Origin: Sedimentisphaerales bacterium
Lineage (GTDB): Bacteria > Planctomycetota > Phycisphaerae > Sedimentisphaerales > Anaerobacaceae
Assembly: GCA_040772485.1 (NCBI GenBank)
Contig: JAXGYC010000007.1
Location: forward strand, 832,001-896,000
DNA: 64,000 nucleotides
Reading direction: 5' to 3'
In this document: positions 48,197 through 57,861 of the stretch, piece by piece
Numbering within the stretch: the first letter of the stretch is position 1
How the letters are laid out: every line of letters starts with the position of its first letter
Translations under genes and position numbers: made by a program
Notes under the pieces: model-generated
Told to the model about the DNA's origin: nothing
The model's input: only the letters and a program-made list of their open reading frames with translations
The model's database searches: none

Positions 48197-49237
48197 ATGG
48201 AGACCGTGATGACACCGAAAGAGCGAATCTACGCGACCCTGCGAGGCCGACCCGTCGATCGGCGGGCCGTGACACCAATCTTCATGGCTTGGTCCGCCAA
48301 CTTCATTGGACACACCTATCGGGATTACTACCTCGACGGTGACGTCCTGGTCGAATCGCAACTGGCGGTGACGCACGCGTTCGGCCTCGACCAGGCCAGC
48401 GCGATCAGCGATCCCTGGCGCGAAGCATCCGCCTATGGGATGGGATTCGACTATCCGCCCGACGGCGTCGGCAAACCCAGGGGAATGCTGATTCAGACCC
48501 CCGACGACGTCGCACGGCTTGCGCCGTTTGAGATCGAGAAGGCGGAGCGTCCCAGGCAACGTATCGAGAGCGTCCGCAAGATGGCCCAGGCCGTCGGCGC
48601 GACCCACAGCGTTCTCGGCTGGGTCGAGGGCCCCATCGCCGAGTACGCCGACCTGCGGGGCGTCGAGAACACGTTCATGGACCTGATCGACAAGCCCGAG
48701 ATGTACGTCCAGGCCGCCGGCATCCTCATCGACAACGCCGTCCGTTTCGCGCGGGCCCAGATCGATGCGGGCGCGGACATGATCGGCATGGGCGATGCGG
48801 TCGCCAGCCTTATCAATCCCGCCATGTACGAGCAGTACGTGCTGCCGTTCGAGAAGAAGCTGATCGACGCCATTCACGAAGCGGGCGCGACGGTCAAGCT
48901 TCACATCTGCGGCAACATCGCCAACAACATCGCCTTGATGGCCCGGACCGGCGCCGACATCATCGACGTCGACTGGATGGTCTCGCTTGCCGCAGCGCGC
49001 GAGGCGGTCGGTCCCGGCGTCACGCTGGCCGGCAATTTCGACCCGAGCGCCGTGTTGCTCCAGGGCACGCCCGAAGACGTCGCCCAAGCGGCGCGAAATT
49101 GTATCGCGTCGGCGGGGGCGAAGTTCATCCTCCAGCCCGGCTGCGAAGTCCCGCCCGGGACGCCGGAGGCGAACCTGCGCGCCTTCTGCCCCTGCGAAGG
49201 CTGCCTGATCGCCGACGACTTGCGTCGCCGTTCGTAG
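48197..49237 (+). CDS. Uroporphyrinogen decarboxylase / MtaA-type methyltransferase family protein
   Basis: MTPKERI, EGP, AQIDAGAD, LHICG (Zn ligands), GNFDP and PGCEVP motifs; start could be 48209. Confidence 0.85.
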   Translation: METVMTPKERIYATLRGRPVDRRAVTPIFMAWSANFIGHTYRDYYLDGDVLVESQLAVTHAFGLDQASAISDPWREASAYGMGFDYPPDGVGKPRGMLIQTPDDVARLAPFEIEKAERPRQRIESVRKMAQAVGATHSVLGWVEGPIAEYADLRGVENTFMDLIDKPEMYVQAAGILIDNAVRFARAQIDAGADMIGMGDAVASLINPAMYEQYVLPFEKKLIDAIHEAGATVKLHICGNIANNIALMARTGADIIDVDWMVSLAAAREAVGPGVTLAGNFDPSAVLLQGTPEDVAQAARNCIASAGAKFILQPGCEVPPGTPEANLRAFCPCEGCLIADDLRRRS

Positions 49238-49271
49238 TGATCCTGATGCACATCGGTCACCCCGCGCATTC

Positions 49272-49382
49272 TGTCATCCTGACGCGCAGCGGAAGGATCT
49301 GGCTCTCGACCGAGATGTCGGTTTCGCTATAATGAAGACCCCGCATGCGCAGGCCAGATGGTTCGCTGCGCTCACCATGACA
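49272..49382. repeat. Degenerate inverted-repeat element (REP/MITE-like)
   Basis: Left arm TGTCATCCTGACGCGCAGCGGAAGGATCTGGC and right arm GCCAGATGGTTCGCTGCGCTCACCATGACA are imperfect reverse complements, located between convergent genes. Confidence 0.65.
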
Positions 49383-49427
49383 GAGCGGGACACCGGACCG
49401 ACCGTCGCGGTTCCCCACCTCAGTCAC

Positions 49428-50774
49428 TCACAGCGTCCAGCCCTCGCGATAGGGAGGATTGAGATACTGATTGGCCTGCTCGGAATTGGCGAACCGCATG
49501 TTCGGACCGTCCCATTCGAGTTTCTCGCCCAACCTCTTCGTCGCAATGATGCCCAGCAGTGCGATCTCCGTCAGCGGCCCGCCGTAGTCGAAGTTCGAGC
49601 CGGCCCGCCGGCCGTTCTTGATCGCATCGAGCCAGTCGACGAAGTGGTCCTTCACACGCGGCAGCGTCCTGGCCGGCTGCTTGTAGGCCCTCATCTTCTC
49701 CTCGGGGAAGATTCGCAAACTGCCGGCCCCGTGCGAGCCGTACATGATCTTGCCCTTGTCCCCGATGACGATCGCCCCCGTGCCGGGCACCTCCCGCCCG
49801 GGTTCCAGGTCGTCCGGTCGCGGGATCGTCTCGACCCCATCATGCCAGACGAGCCTGACCGGACCGCGATTGCCCTTGGCCTCGAAATCGTAGGTCACGA
49901 CGGCGCCTTTGGGGAATGTGTCGCCATGAGCCTTGGGGTCATAGTCTTCTGCCCGGGCCTGGACCGTCTTGGGAGCGCCAAGGTCAAGGGCCCAGAAGAC
50001 CGGATCGACCACGTGGCAGACCCAGTCGCCGATGACGCCGCAGCCGAACGGCATCCAGCGTCGCCATGTGCCGGGCACGTACATCGGATGATATGGACGA
50101 TACTTCGCGGGTCCAAGCCACAAGTCCCAGTCCAGTTCGGCCGGAATCTCGTGTTTCTCCTGGAGCTTCGACAGATTGTCGATGGCGCTGTAGACCGAAC
50201 CACACGCGGCGTGGACCTCCGTAACGTTGCCGATGGCCCCATCCCAAATCCATTCGCAGAACATCCGAATCGTGTCGTAGGAGTGGCCCTGATTGCCGAG
50301 CTGCGTGACCACCTTGTGCTCGCGGGCCGCCCTCATCAGGGTACGGACCTCGTGAATCGAATGGGCCAGCGGTTTCTCGCAGTAGACGTGCTTGCCCCGC
50401 CGGATTGCCTCCATAGCGATTACCGCATGCGTGTGGTCGGGCGTGGCAACGGTCACCGCGTCGATCCGGTCGCCCATCTCATCGAACAGCTTGCGGTAGT
50501 CACGATATTTCTTCGCCTTGGGGAAATTCGTGAAGGCCTCTGCGGCCCGGCGACTGTCCACGTCGCACATCGCCACAATGCTCTCGTTCCTGGTCCCGTC
50601 GACACTGGCGCCGCCTCGACCACCGACGCCGATGCAGGCGACGTTGAGCTTCTCGCTGGGGGGAGTCTGCCCCTGCCCCAGGACGTGACGCGGAACGATC
50701 GTGAACGCGGCGATCGCGCCGGTGGCCGATTGGACGAACTGCCGTCTCGATGTCTTGCTGCTGCTCATGCTCAC
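49428..50774 (-). CDS. Tat-exported Gfo/Idh/MocA oxidoreductase
   Basis: SRRQFV Tat motif; IGVGGRG, TPDHTH, YCEKP and WDLWLGP motifs. Confidence 0.92.
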   Translation of the reverse strand: MSMSSSKTSRRQFVQSATGAIAAFTIVPRHVLGQGQTPPSEKLNVACIGVGGRGGASVDGTRNESIVAMCDVDSRRAAEAFTNFPKAKKYRDYRKLFDEMGDRIDAVTVATPDHTHAVIAMEAIRRGKHVYCEKPLAHSIHEVRTLMRAAREHKVVTQLGNQGHSYDTIRMFCEWIWDGAIGNVTEVHAACGSVYSAIDNLSKLQEKHEIPAELDWDLWLGPAKYRPYHPMYVPGTWRRWMPFGCGVIGDWVCHVVDPVFWALDLGAPKTVQARAEDYDPKAHGDTFPKGAVVTYDFEAKGNRGPVRLVWHDGVETIPRPDDLEPGREVPGTGAIVIGDKGKIMYGSHGAGSLRIFPEEKMRAYKQPARTLPRVKDHFVDWLDAIKNGRRAGSNFDYGGPLTEIALLGIIATKRLGEKLEWDGPNMRFANSEQANQYLNPPYREGWTL

Positions 50775-50982
50775 ACCTCGGTCAATGAATCCCGATGTCG
50801 GTCTATCGACAGGAAGCTATCGCCACATCGACACACCGCGATAGTGTATCACAACACAGACCGAAACCCAAGCCGAATCAGCCGCCCGATCATGCCGCTG
50901 GCGGAAGACGTGACAGGCTGCTATAATCCTGCCATCGAGGGCTCTGTGCGGACACCCGCTGTACGATGAAAGGGGATGATGC

Positions 50983-52410
50983 ATGACGAAGACAGCAAGA
51001 GCAGCCCGAGCCGTGCCTGTGGCCAGACCGGGACCGTGCACGCAAGGGGCAGTCACTCGCCGCCAACTCCTCAAGAGCGGCGCTGGTTTCGGCGCGGCCT
51101 TGGGATTCCCTTATTTCGTGCCGGGCCGCGTGCTGGGAGCCCAAGGCGCCACCCCACCCAGCGAAAAGATCGTCATGGGCTGCATCGGCGTCGGCAGCAT
51201 GGGGGGCGGCCATCTTCGCGCCTTCCTCGGTCAGGAAGACGTGCGAGTCGTCGCGGCCTGCGACCTTCGCGAGGCGTTCCGCCAGAAGGCCAAGCGGCAA
51301 ATCGATGAAAGGTACGCAAGCCAGGATGCCAGGACCTATCATGACTTTCGCGAGCTGCTGGCCCGTCCGGATATCGATGCCGTCTGCGTCGCAACGCCGG
51401 ACCATTGGCACGCCCTGATCGGCATCGAGGCCGCCCGAAACGGCAAGGACATGTATCTGGAGAAGCCGGCCGACGTGCACGTCGCCGCCGCGAAGGCGCT
51501 GCGCCGGGCGGTGAACGACTACGGCGTCGTCTTCCAGTTCGGCACCCAGCAGCGTTCCGGCCGGGACTTTCGGTTCGCCTGCGAGTTGGTACGGAACAGG
51601 AGAGTCGGCAGATTGCAGACCATCGTGGTCGGTTCGGTGCAGGGCCTGTCGCTGCCCAATCAGCCGACCCAACCGGAGCCCGATCCGCGCCAGTTCGATT
51701 ACGACATGTGGCTGGGCCCGGCGCCTTGGGCGCCGTATTCGTTCGAACGGGCTGCCTCCCGGGCCGAAGGCAGCGACGGCCACTGGATGCACATCCACGA
51801 CTATGGCCTTGGCTGCCTGAGCGGCGCCTGGGGCATCCATCACGTCGATGTCGCGCAATGGGGCAACGGCACCGATGACACCGGCCCTGTCCAGATCGAA
51901 GGGACCGGCGTAATCCCTCGGGATGGGCTCTGCGATACGCCGCTCTTCTGGCGGGTCGAACACCTGTATGCCAATGGCGTCACGATGATCCACATGGATT
52001 CGCGGCACACGGCTGCCGAGTTTTCGCAATTCGCCGAGGCCGCCGACTCGCTGCAAATCCCGGGCTGCGGCATTCTCTTCATCGGGACGGATGGCTGGGT
52101 CATCGTCTCGCGCGGGGGGATTGACGCCAGACCGAAGGCGCTGCTACAGGAAACCTTCGGCTCCGGCGAGATCCGCCTGCCCGCCAGCAACGACCACAAG
52201 CGGAACTTCCTCGAATGCGTGCGGACGCGAGGCAAGACGGTCAGTCCCATCGAGGCGGCCGTCCGGTCGGACACGATCTGTCATTTGGATGACATCGCCA
52301 TCCGCCTCGGCCGCAGGCTGCACTGGGACCCTCAGAAGGAGTTGTTCGTCGCAGACGATCAGGCCAACCGGATGCTCCGCCGCCCGATGCGCAGTCCCTG
52401 GACCCTGTGA
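50983..52410 (+). CDS. Tat-exported Gfo/Idh/MocA oxidoreductase
   Basis: TRRQLL Tat motif; IGVGSMG, TPDHWH, YLEKP and YDMWLGP motifs; TGcTATAAT upstream near 50920-50928. Confidence 0.9.
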   Translation: MTKTARAARAVPVARPGPCTQGAVTRRQLLKSGAGFGAALGFPYFVPGRVLGAQGATPPSEKIVMGCIGVGSMGGGHLRAFLGQEDVRVVAACDLREAFRQKAKRQIDERYASQDARTYHDFRELLARPDIDAVCVATPDHWHALIGIEAARNGKDMYLEKPADVHVAAAKALRRAVNDYGVVFQFGTQQRSGRDFRFACELVRNRRVGRLQTIVVGSVQGLSLPNQPTQPEPDPRQFDYDMWLGPAPWAPYSFERAASRAEGSDGHWMHIHDYGLGCLSGAWGIHHVDVAQWGNGTDDTGPVQIEGTGVIPRDGLCDTPLFWRVEHLYANGVTMIHMDSRHTAAEFSQFAEAADSLQIPGCGILFIGTDGWVIVSRGGIDARPKALLQETFGSGEIRLPASNDHKRNFLECVRTRGKTVSPIEAAVRSDTICHLDDIAIRLGRRLHWDPQKELFVADDQANRMLRRPMRSPWTL

Positions 52411-52423
52411 ACCTCGTCGGCTC

Positions 52424-54454
52424 TCAGCGTCGCGCGTTTTTCAGGAGGCGATGGATTCGAAGCAGTTCGCCCACGCTCCAGGCCTGGGCCTGACAGCCCT
52501 TGGGCTCGTGAGGCTCGTCGCCGTCGAAGATCTCGGAGATGCTGCCAAGGCAGCCGGTCGTGGTCAGGTGCTTCAGGAGCGGCTCGATCATCTCCCCTGC
52601 CCTGCGGAGGGCGGCCGGCTTGAAGTCGTTGACTTTCAGATAGGCCTCGACGAACGGCCCCATCAGATAGGGCCAGACCGTCCCCTGATGATATGCCGCA
52701 TCTCTATTTCGTTGAGGCCCTTCGTAGCGACCCTGATAGCAGGCGTCGCGTGGACTTAGCGTCCGCAGTCCGTATGGGGTCAGTAGCTCCCGCTCGACAG
52801 CGGCAACGATGGCCTTCTGCCGAGCCCCGCTTAGCGGCGGACCGTATGGAAGGGAGACCGCAAAGATCTGGTTCGGCCGCAGGCTCGCGTCGACGCGCCC
52901 ATCCGGCATCACCGTGTCGTTCAGATACCCGGCCGATTCGTTCCAGAACCGCTCGCAGAAACCGTCGCCGGCCTGCTGCGCCATCTTGGCATACCGCCTG
53001 GCGTCAGAGATTTGATCCGTCCGAAGGCAGAACTCGTGCATACGGCACAGCGCGTTGTGCCACAGCGCGTTGACTTCAACCGGCTTGCCCCAACGAGGCG
53101 TGAACACGACGCCGTCGTACTTGGCGTCCATCCACGTCAACTGCGTGTCTTTGTCGCCGGCCTGGATCAGTCCGTCCACGTCAGCGTGGATCCCGAACCG
53201 CGTGCCGTTCTGGAAAGAATCGATGATCCACCGAATCACCGGCAGCAGTTCCTGGCTGAAGGTGTTCTTGTCTTCCGTCGCTTCGAGATACTCAAACGCG
53301 GCGTGGATGAACCACAGCGACGCATCCACGCTGTTGAAATGGGCCGGCCCGCTGCGATCGTCAAAGCGGTTCGGAATCAGTCCGCCGTCGGCGGCGGCGG
53401 CAAACGTACACAACACTGACCGGGCCTCCTCGAACCGCCCCGTCGCCAGCAGCAGCCCGGGCATGGCGATGAACGTATCGCGACCCCAGTCGGCGAACCA
53501 GGGGTAACCGGCCACGATGGTCGTCCCCTCGACGTCGCCGTACCGGCGATTGACGATGAACTGATCGGCCGCCAGAACGAGCTTGCGGTCCGCCTCATCG
53601 GCAGCCTGCGCTTCACGGAGAATCTCCCGCTGATGCGCCGCCAGCCGGTTCTTCACCATCCCGACCTCCACCGTCACCGGCCGGTCCGGACGATAGCGCT
53701 CATCCAAACGCGCCCAGAAGACGATGCGTCCATCTTCTTCGAGAACCCCTCTCCAGAAGCCGGGCGTCCAGAGGTCTTCGCTGGCATGCTGGCCCCGCTG
53801 GCGGTTGACGCGGTAGCTGAAATCGAACCACCATTGGGCGTCATCCTCGAAACGCATCGCCGGACAGTCCATCCGCAGTGCGCAACTGCCCAATGTATCC
53901 CGGCGTACGAGCAGCCCCGGTTCCAGGTGATCGCATCGCATCGCCGTATCGCCGTGCTGCATGTGGTGGAAGTCTCTGAGACCCACGAAGGGACGCACGA
54001 TAAACTCGACCGGCTCCATGATGCCTTCGAAACCATATTCCACCACGACCGTGTCGCTGTCGGGTGCAAGGTAGACCGCCTTGTCCAGCTCGATGGATTC
54101 GAACTCGTAGATGAAGTGCGCCCCGCTGTCCCGGCGGAACTCGCGCAGGTACGGGCACGGCGCCAGGACCGGCTCGCCGGAGAACTCGAATGTCGACAAA
54201 TGGAATGCCTTCCCGCCACACGTGACGATCTCCAGGCAATTCGACAGGGCCATGACCCGGTCTACCGGCGGATGCAACGCTCCGATCAGCAGGCCATGGT
54301 ATCCGCTCGTGTTGCAGCCGATGATGGTGCCCGAAGCGTAGCTGCCCCGCTCGTTGGTCAGGAGCCATTCGCGGTCGAGCAGGCTCGTGCAGTCGTTCCC
54401 TTCGATGGCCACCCGGACGATCTCGTCGGCCCCGACCTTCGGTTGTGTCAACAC
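52424..54454 (-). CDS. Glycogen debranching enzyme (amylo-alpha-1,6-glucosidase, GH133-like)
   Basis: EWLLTN, AGYPWFADWGRDTFI, TWMDAK, LRPNQ, YHQGTVWP and QAWSV motifs. Confidence 0.92.
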   Translation of the reverse strand: MLTQPKVGADEIVRVAIEGNDCTSLLDREWLLTNERGSYASGTIIGCNTSGYHGLLIGALHPPVDRVMALSNCLEIVTCGGKAFHLSTFEFSGEPVLAPCPYLREFRRDSGAHFIYEFESIELDKAVYLAPDSDTVVVEYGFEGIMEPVEFIVRPFVGLRDFHHMQHGDTAMRCDHLEPGLLVRRDTLGSCALRMDCPAMRFEDDAQWWFDFSYRVNRQRGQHASEDLWTPGFWRGVLEEDGRIVFWARLDERYRPDRPVTVEVGMVKNRLAAHQREILREAQAADEADRKLVLAADQFIVNRRYGDVEGTTIVAGYPWFADWGRDTFIAMPGLLLATGRFEEARSVLCTFAAAADGGLIPNRFDDRSGPAHFNSVDASLWFIHAAFEYLEATEDKNTFSQELLPVIRWIIDSFQNGTRFGIHADVDGLIQAGDKDTQLTWMDAKYDGVVFTPRWGKPVEVNALWHNALCRMHEFCLRTDQISDARRYAKMAQQAGDGFCERFWNESAGYLNDTVMPDGRVDASLRPNQIFAVSLPYGPPLSGARQKAIVAAVERELLTPYGLRTLSPRDACYQGRYEGPQRNRDAAYHQGTVWPYLMGPFVEAYLKVNDFKPAALRRAGEMIEPLLKHLTTTGCLGSISEIFDGDEPHEPKGCQAQAWSVGELLRIHRLLKNARR

Positions 54455-54530
54455 GGCAGTCCTCCCCGTGAACAGGCGATCCCGACACCCGACGTTGTGG
54501 ACATCTTCGCGTGCCGCCGGCCCGGTTCCG

Positions 54531-55772
54531 TCAGTTGGTCACCGACATGCTCGACACGCCGGCAGGAGACGGTTTGGGCACAGTTTGGATGCGTGATCCG
54601 ACACAGCGTCTCTGAAGATGACCCAACACGTTCATGTAGTTGATGTAGGAATCGTAGGGCGAATCGTACGGGTTGAAGTACTTGTGCACGTCGCCGTCGC
54701 TGAAGTACTTCGTGCACATGTAATAGAAATGATCGGAGACCTGCAACCGGCGCCAGTCCGAGAGGATCTGCTCGTCGTTGGCTCTCTTGATCTGCTTCTC
54801 AAGGCGATACAGCTCGTGAATGGCGTTCGACTGCATCGGGTTGCCCAGCCAGGCCGACAGGTCGCGTTCGGTGTCGGCCCAACTGATCATGTGACGCACA
54901 TCGACCTCGCCGATCGGTTCGTAGCTGGCGGCCACCTCGCTGGGGGTCTTGAAATTGTTGTCCGGATGCTTGAGGACCTCCTCCGGCAGATGTCGCATGA
55001 ACTCGAAGATCCCTGTGTCTTCCCACTGATGCTCGCCGAGGGTCTCGTAGTCCATGAACAGGTTGACCACATGGCCGTTTCCGTTGACCGCGTTGACCCA
55101 CTGGCTGAACTTCGACGCCGTCAGGGGCCACTCGACCCAATGACGGTTCGAAAAGCGGAACGCAATGTCGTCGCTGAGCGAGTAGTTCTTCAGCAGCAGC
55201 TTGAGGTGCTTGCAGCCCTTTGGGCGATAGACGAAGTTCGGACTTCGATAGCCAAGGATGTGGTCGGCCCCTTCGGTAATGACCGCGTCGAAGCATCCCA
55301 TCGCCTCGACCAGGAGGGCCAGCTCGTTGTTGTAGATCAGTTCGGTGTTGCGGAACACCTTGGGCCTCTGACCGAAGAGGTCCTCAATCGTGTCGGCGTG
55401 CTTCTTGACCTGCTCGACGAATTCATGACGCGAATAGAGGAAGCTCAGACTATGGTAGTACGTCTCCGCCAGGAACTCGACGCACCCGGTCTGGGCCAGC
55501 GCGTGGAACGTGCTGAGCACCTCGGGGCTGTACATCTGAAGCTGTTCGAGCAGAATACCCGTCAGACTGTAGGAGATGCGGAAGCGTCCCCGGTGCTTCT
55601 CGATGAGCTTGAGGAGAAGTCGGTTGGCCGGCAGATAGCACTTGTTGGCAACCTTCCGGCAGATCGCGGCGTTCTTGTAGTCGTCGAAGTACCGCTGATC
55701 GTTGTCGAACACCGTGTAGTGGCGCAGCCGCATTGGCTGGTGGACTTGGAAGTAGAAGCAAACCGAAGGCAT
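54531..55772 (-). CDS. Glycoside hydrolase family 57 protein
   Basis: FQVHQP, ETYYHSL, FRNTEL, DYETLGEH, SWAD and SDHFYYM motifs. Confidence 0.93.
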   Translation of the reverse strand: MPSVCFYFQVHQPMRLRHYTVFDNDQRYFDDYKNAAICRKVANKCYLPANRLLLKLIEKHRGRFRISYSLTGILLEQLQMYSPEVLSTFHALAQTGCVEFLAETYYHSLSFLYSRHEFVEQVKKHADTIEDLFGQRPKVFRNTELIYNNELALLVEAMGCFDAVITEGADHILGYRSPNFVYRPKGCKHLKLLLKNYSLSDDIAFRFSNRHWVEWPLTASKFSQWVNAVNGNGHVVNLFMDYETLGEHQWEDTGIFEFMRHLPEEVLKHPDNNFKTPSEVAASYEPIGEVDVRHMISWADTERDLSAWLGNPMQSNAIHELYRLEKQIKRANDEQILSDWRRLQVSDHFYYMCTKYFSDGDVHKYFNPYDSPYDSYINYMNVLGHLQRRCVGSRIQTVPKPSPAGVSSMSVTN

Positions 55773-55828
55773 ACCGACACCCAATCCTTTTCTTAACAAA
55801 CGCCCTTCCTTGAGCGACATCCCTTTCG

Positions 55829-57145
55829 TCAGGCGGGAACGAGCAGTTGCTCGTAGATGCTCGCGCACTGCCTGGCGGCGTCCTTCCATCGCAACTTGCG
55901 AACCTCGAAATTCCCGTGGTTGCGCAGCGTCATCTGCAGCGGCGGGTAACGCAGCACGGCCACGATCTTGTTCGCCATCTCATTGACGTCCCAGAAATCG
56001 ACCTTCAGGGCATGGCGAAGGACCTCGGAGACGCCGCTCTGCTTGCTGATAATCACCGGCACGTCGTTGTCGAGCGCCTCCAGCGGCGCGATGCCGAAGG
56101 GCTCCGACACCGACGGCATGACGTACAGATCCGCCATCTGGTAGATCTTGCGAACATCATCGCCCCGGAGGAACCCGGTGAACAATACCTTGTGCCCGAT
56201 TCCCAGTTGCGCCGCCAGCTCGACCGAGCGATACATCAGGTCGCCCGACCCGGCCATGACGAACTTGACGTTGTCCATGACCTCGAGCACCTTCTTGGCG
56301 GCATGCAGGAAATACTCGGGTCCCTTCTGCATGGTGATCCGGCCGAGAAACAGGACCAGCTTCTCCTCCCGTTTGATGCTCGCTTCGCCCACCGACCAGG
56401 AACCGTTGCGTTCGACGCCGTTGTAGACGACCTCGACCTTCTCCGGACTGATCCCGTAGCGACTGATCACGATGCTTCGCGTGTAATGGCTGACCGTGAT
56501 CACCTTGTGGGCCCGCTCCATGCCCTCGCGTTCGATGTCGTACACGACCTGGTTGACGTGCTCGCCGCTCCGGTCGAACTCTGTCGAGTGCACGTGCACG
56601 ACCAGGGGCTTGCCTGTGACCGCCGCGACGGCCACACCGGCCGGATAGGTCATCCAGTCATGGGCGTGAACCACGTCGAACTGCTCGCTTCGGGCCAGCC
56701 GAACCGCCATCGTTGCGTACCGGCGGATCTCCTGGTACATGTCGCCGCCATAGTCACCACCGCGGCCCAAGTCATCGCCCGTCTGGTTCTCCCCCATCTC
56801 GGCCCGAAGCCGCAGGCTCTCCTCCAGCCGCTCGTTGTAGCTTTCCGGAGTCGCATAGGCCTGCAGGGGAGAGGCAATCGTCTTGAAGATCACATTCGTC
56901 AGGTCACAGTCCGTCGATCGGTGAGAACCGGGGGTCTTGCAGGAACGCGGCGACAGGAGTTTGACGTGTGTTACGTACTCGCTCTCGACCGTTTTCGGAA
57001 GCACGAAGGTCACCTTCACGCCGAGCTGGTCCATCGCCCGCGTCAGACCGTAGCACGCTGTGCCGAGCCCTCCACTGATGAAGGGTGGGAACTCCCAACC
57101 CAGCATGAAGACTCGAATGTGCTCCCCCTCTTCGTTCCGTCCCAT
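55829..57145 (-). CDS. Glycosyltransferase family 4 (glycogen synthase-like)
   Basis: GWEFPP..SGGLG, HAHDW, GRITMQKG and PSVSEPFGIAPLEA motifs. Confidence 0.92.
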   Translation of the reverse strand: MGRNEEGEHIRVFMLGWEFPPFISGGLGTACYGLTRAMDQLGVKVTFVLPKTVESEYVTHVKLLSPRSCKTPGSHRSTDCDLTNVIFKTIASPLQAYATPESYNERLEESLRLRAEMGENQTGDDLGRGGDYGGDMYQEIRRYATMAVRLARSEQFDVVHAHDWMTYPAGVAVAAVTGKPLVVHVHSTEFDRSGEHVNQVVYDIEREGMERAHKVITVSHYTRSIVISRYGISPEKVEVVYNGVERNGSWSVGEASIKREEKLVLFLGRITMQKGPEYFLHAAKKVLEVMDNVKFVMAGSGDLMYRSVELAAQLGIGHKVLFTGFLRGDDVRKIYQMADLYVMPSVSEPFGIAPLEALDNDVPVIISKQSGVSEVLRHALKVDFWDVNEMANKIVAVLRYPPLQMTLRNHGNFEVRKLRWKDAARQCASIYEQLLVPA

Positions 57146-57666
57146 AGGTCCTCACTTCTTTCCGGGGTCCGGTGGAATCTGACCGCTGTCGAGCCCACCA
57201 CCGAACACTGGTCTGGCGAACGTCGCTCGAAGGAAACGCCCCTGTGGCGCCTTCCTAATATGTCTAAGGTATCGGCAGCCACGTCCACCCGCTTGATCTC
57301 TGTGCGCAAAAAATTTTCCACTTGTCACAGGAATATCAATGTATTCATCGGCCATTCCCACCCCAGGAGTACAGCAATTCTTGGAAAAAACCGTACTTGA
57401 GGCACTGCTGCCCCCTGTTTTATAGGCTGTTGGCGCCGTCCAGCGCTCTGCCGAACACACCCCCTCGCCTCACACCAGTATGCCCAAGCCTTTTCCCAGA
57501 GCCCGCCGAGAGATCGCAATCCCCCATCATGCCGTCGGGATTCACGCCGCTGACGCGACCCGCGTCAACAGCAGAGCCGTTCCGAGGCCATATCCCGAAA
57601 CAGCTCGTTTGCGACAGGCCAATCGCAACACCTGCCTGTGCCGACAGGCGACGGCCGAGTGCCCGA

Positions 57667-57861
57667 CTACAGATCCTGTGCCTTGACGGTACTGCGACGG
57701 TTCGCTTTGGCGCGGGCAATCGCCGCATCAAGCATATCATAGACACGCTCACTGATAGCCTCCAGGGCCTCAGACGAGGTCATCATCTTCTGATCCTTGA
57801 TGTGGGCTTTGACTTTGCTTGCCACCACCAATGCCTCCCTCTTCTTCTTGGCCATCGCCAT
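57667..57861 (-). CDS. Bacterial histone-fold protein (Bd0055/HBb-like), 64 aa
   Basis: MAMAKKKREALVVASKVKAHIKDQKMMTSSEALEAISERVYDMLDAAIARAKANRRSTVKAQDL; histone-fold L2 motif R-x-T-V-x-x-x-D; GGGAGGA RBS just upstream of the two in-frame ATGs (57861, 57855). Confidence 0.88.
   Translation of the reverse strand: MAMAKKKREALVVASKVKAHIKDQKMMTSSEALEAISERVYDMLDAAIARAKANRRSTVKAQDL

Noticed and set aside
57146..57666. 520 bp region between the histone stop and the GT4 start as a possible ncRNA or small gene
   Set aside because: Only short hairpins and ORFs without RBS or motif support; most simply terminator plus promoter DNA
11753..57861. Idea that the HDAC and GNAT modify the bacterial histone
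   Set aside because: They lie over 40 kb from the histone gene and their context points to Acs; nothing in the sequence links them, though MS of the histone tail could test it
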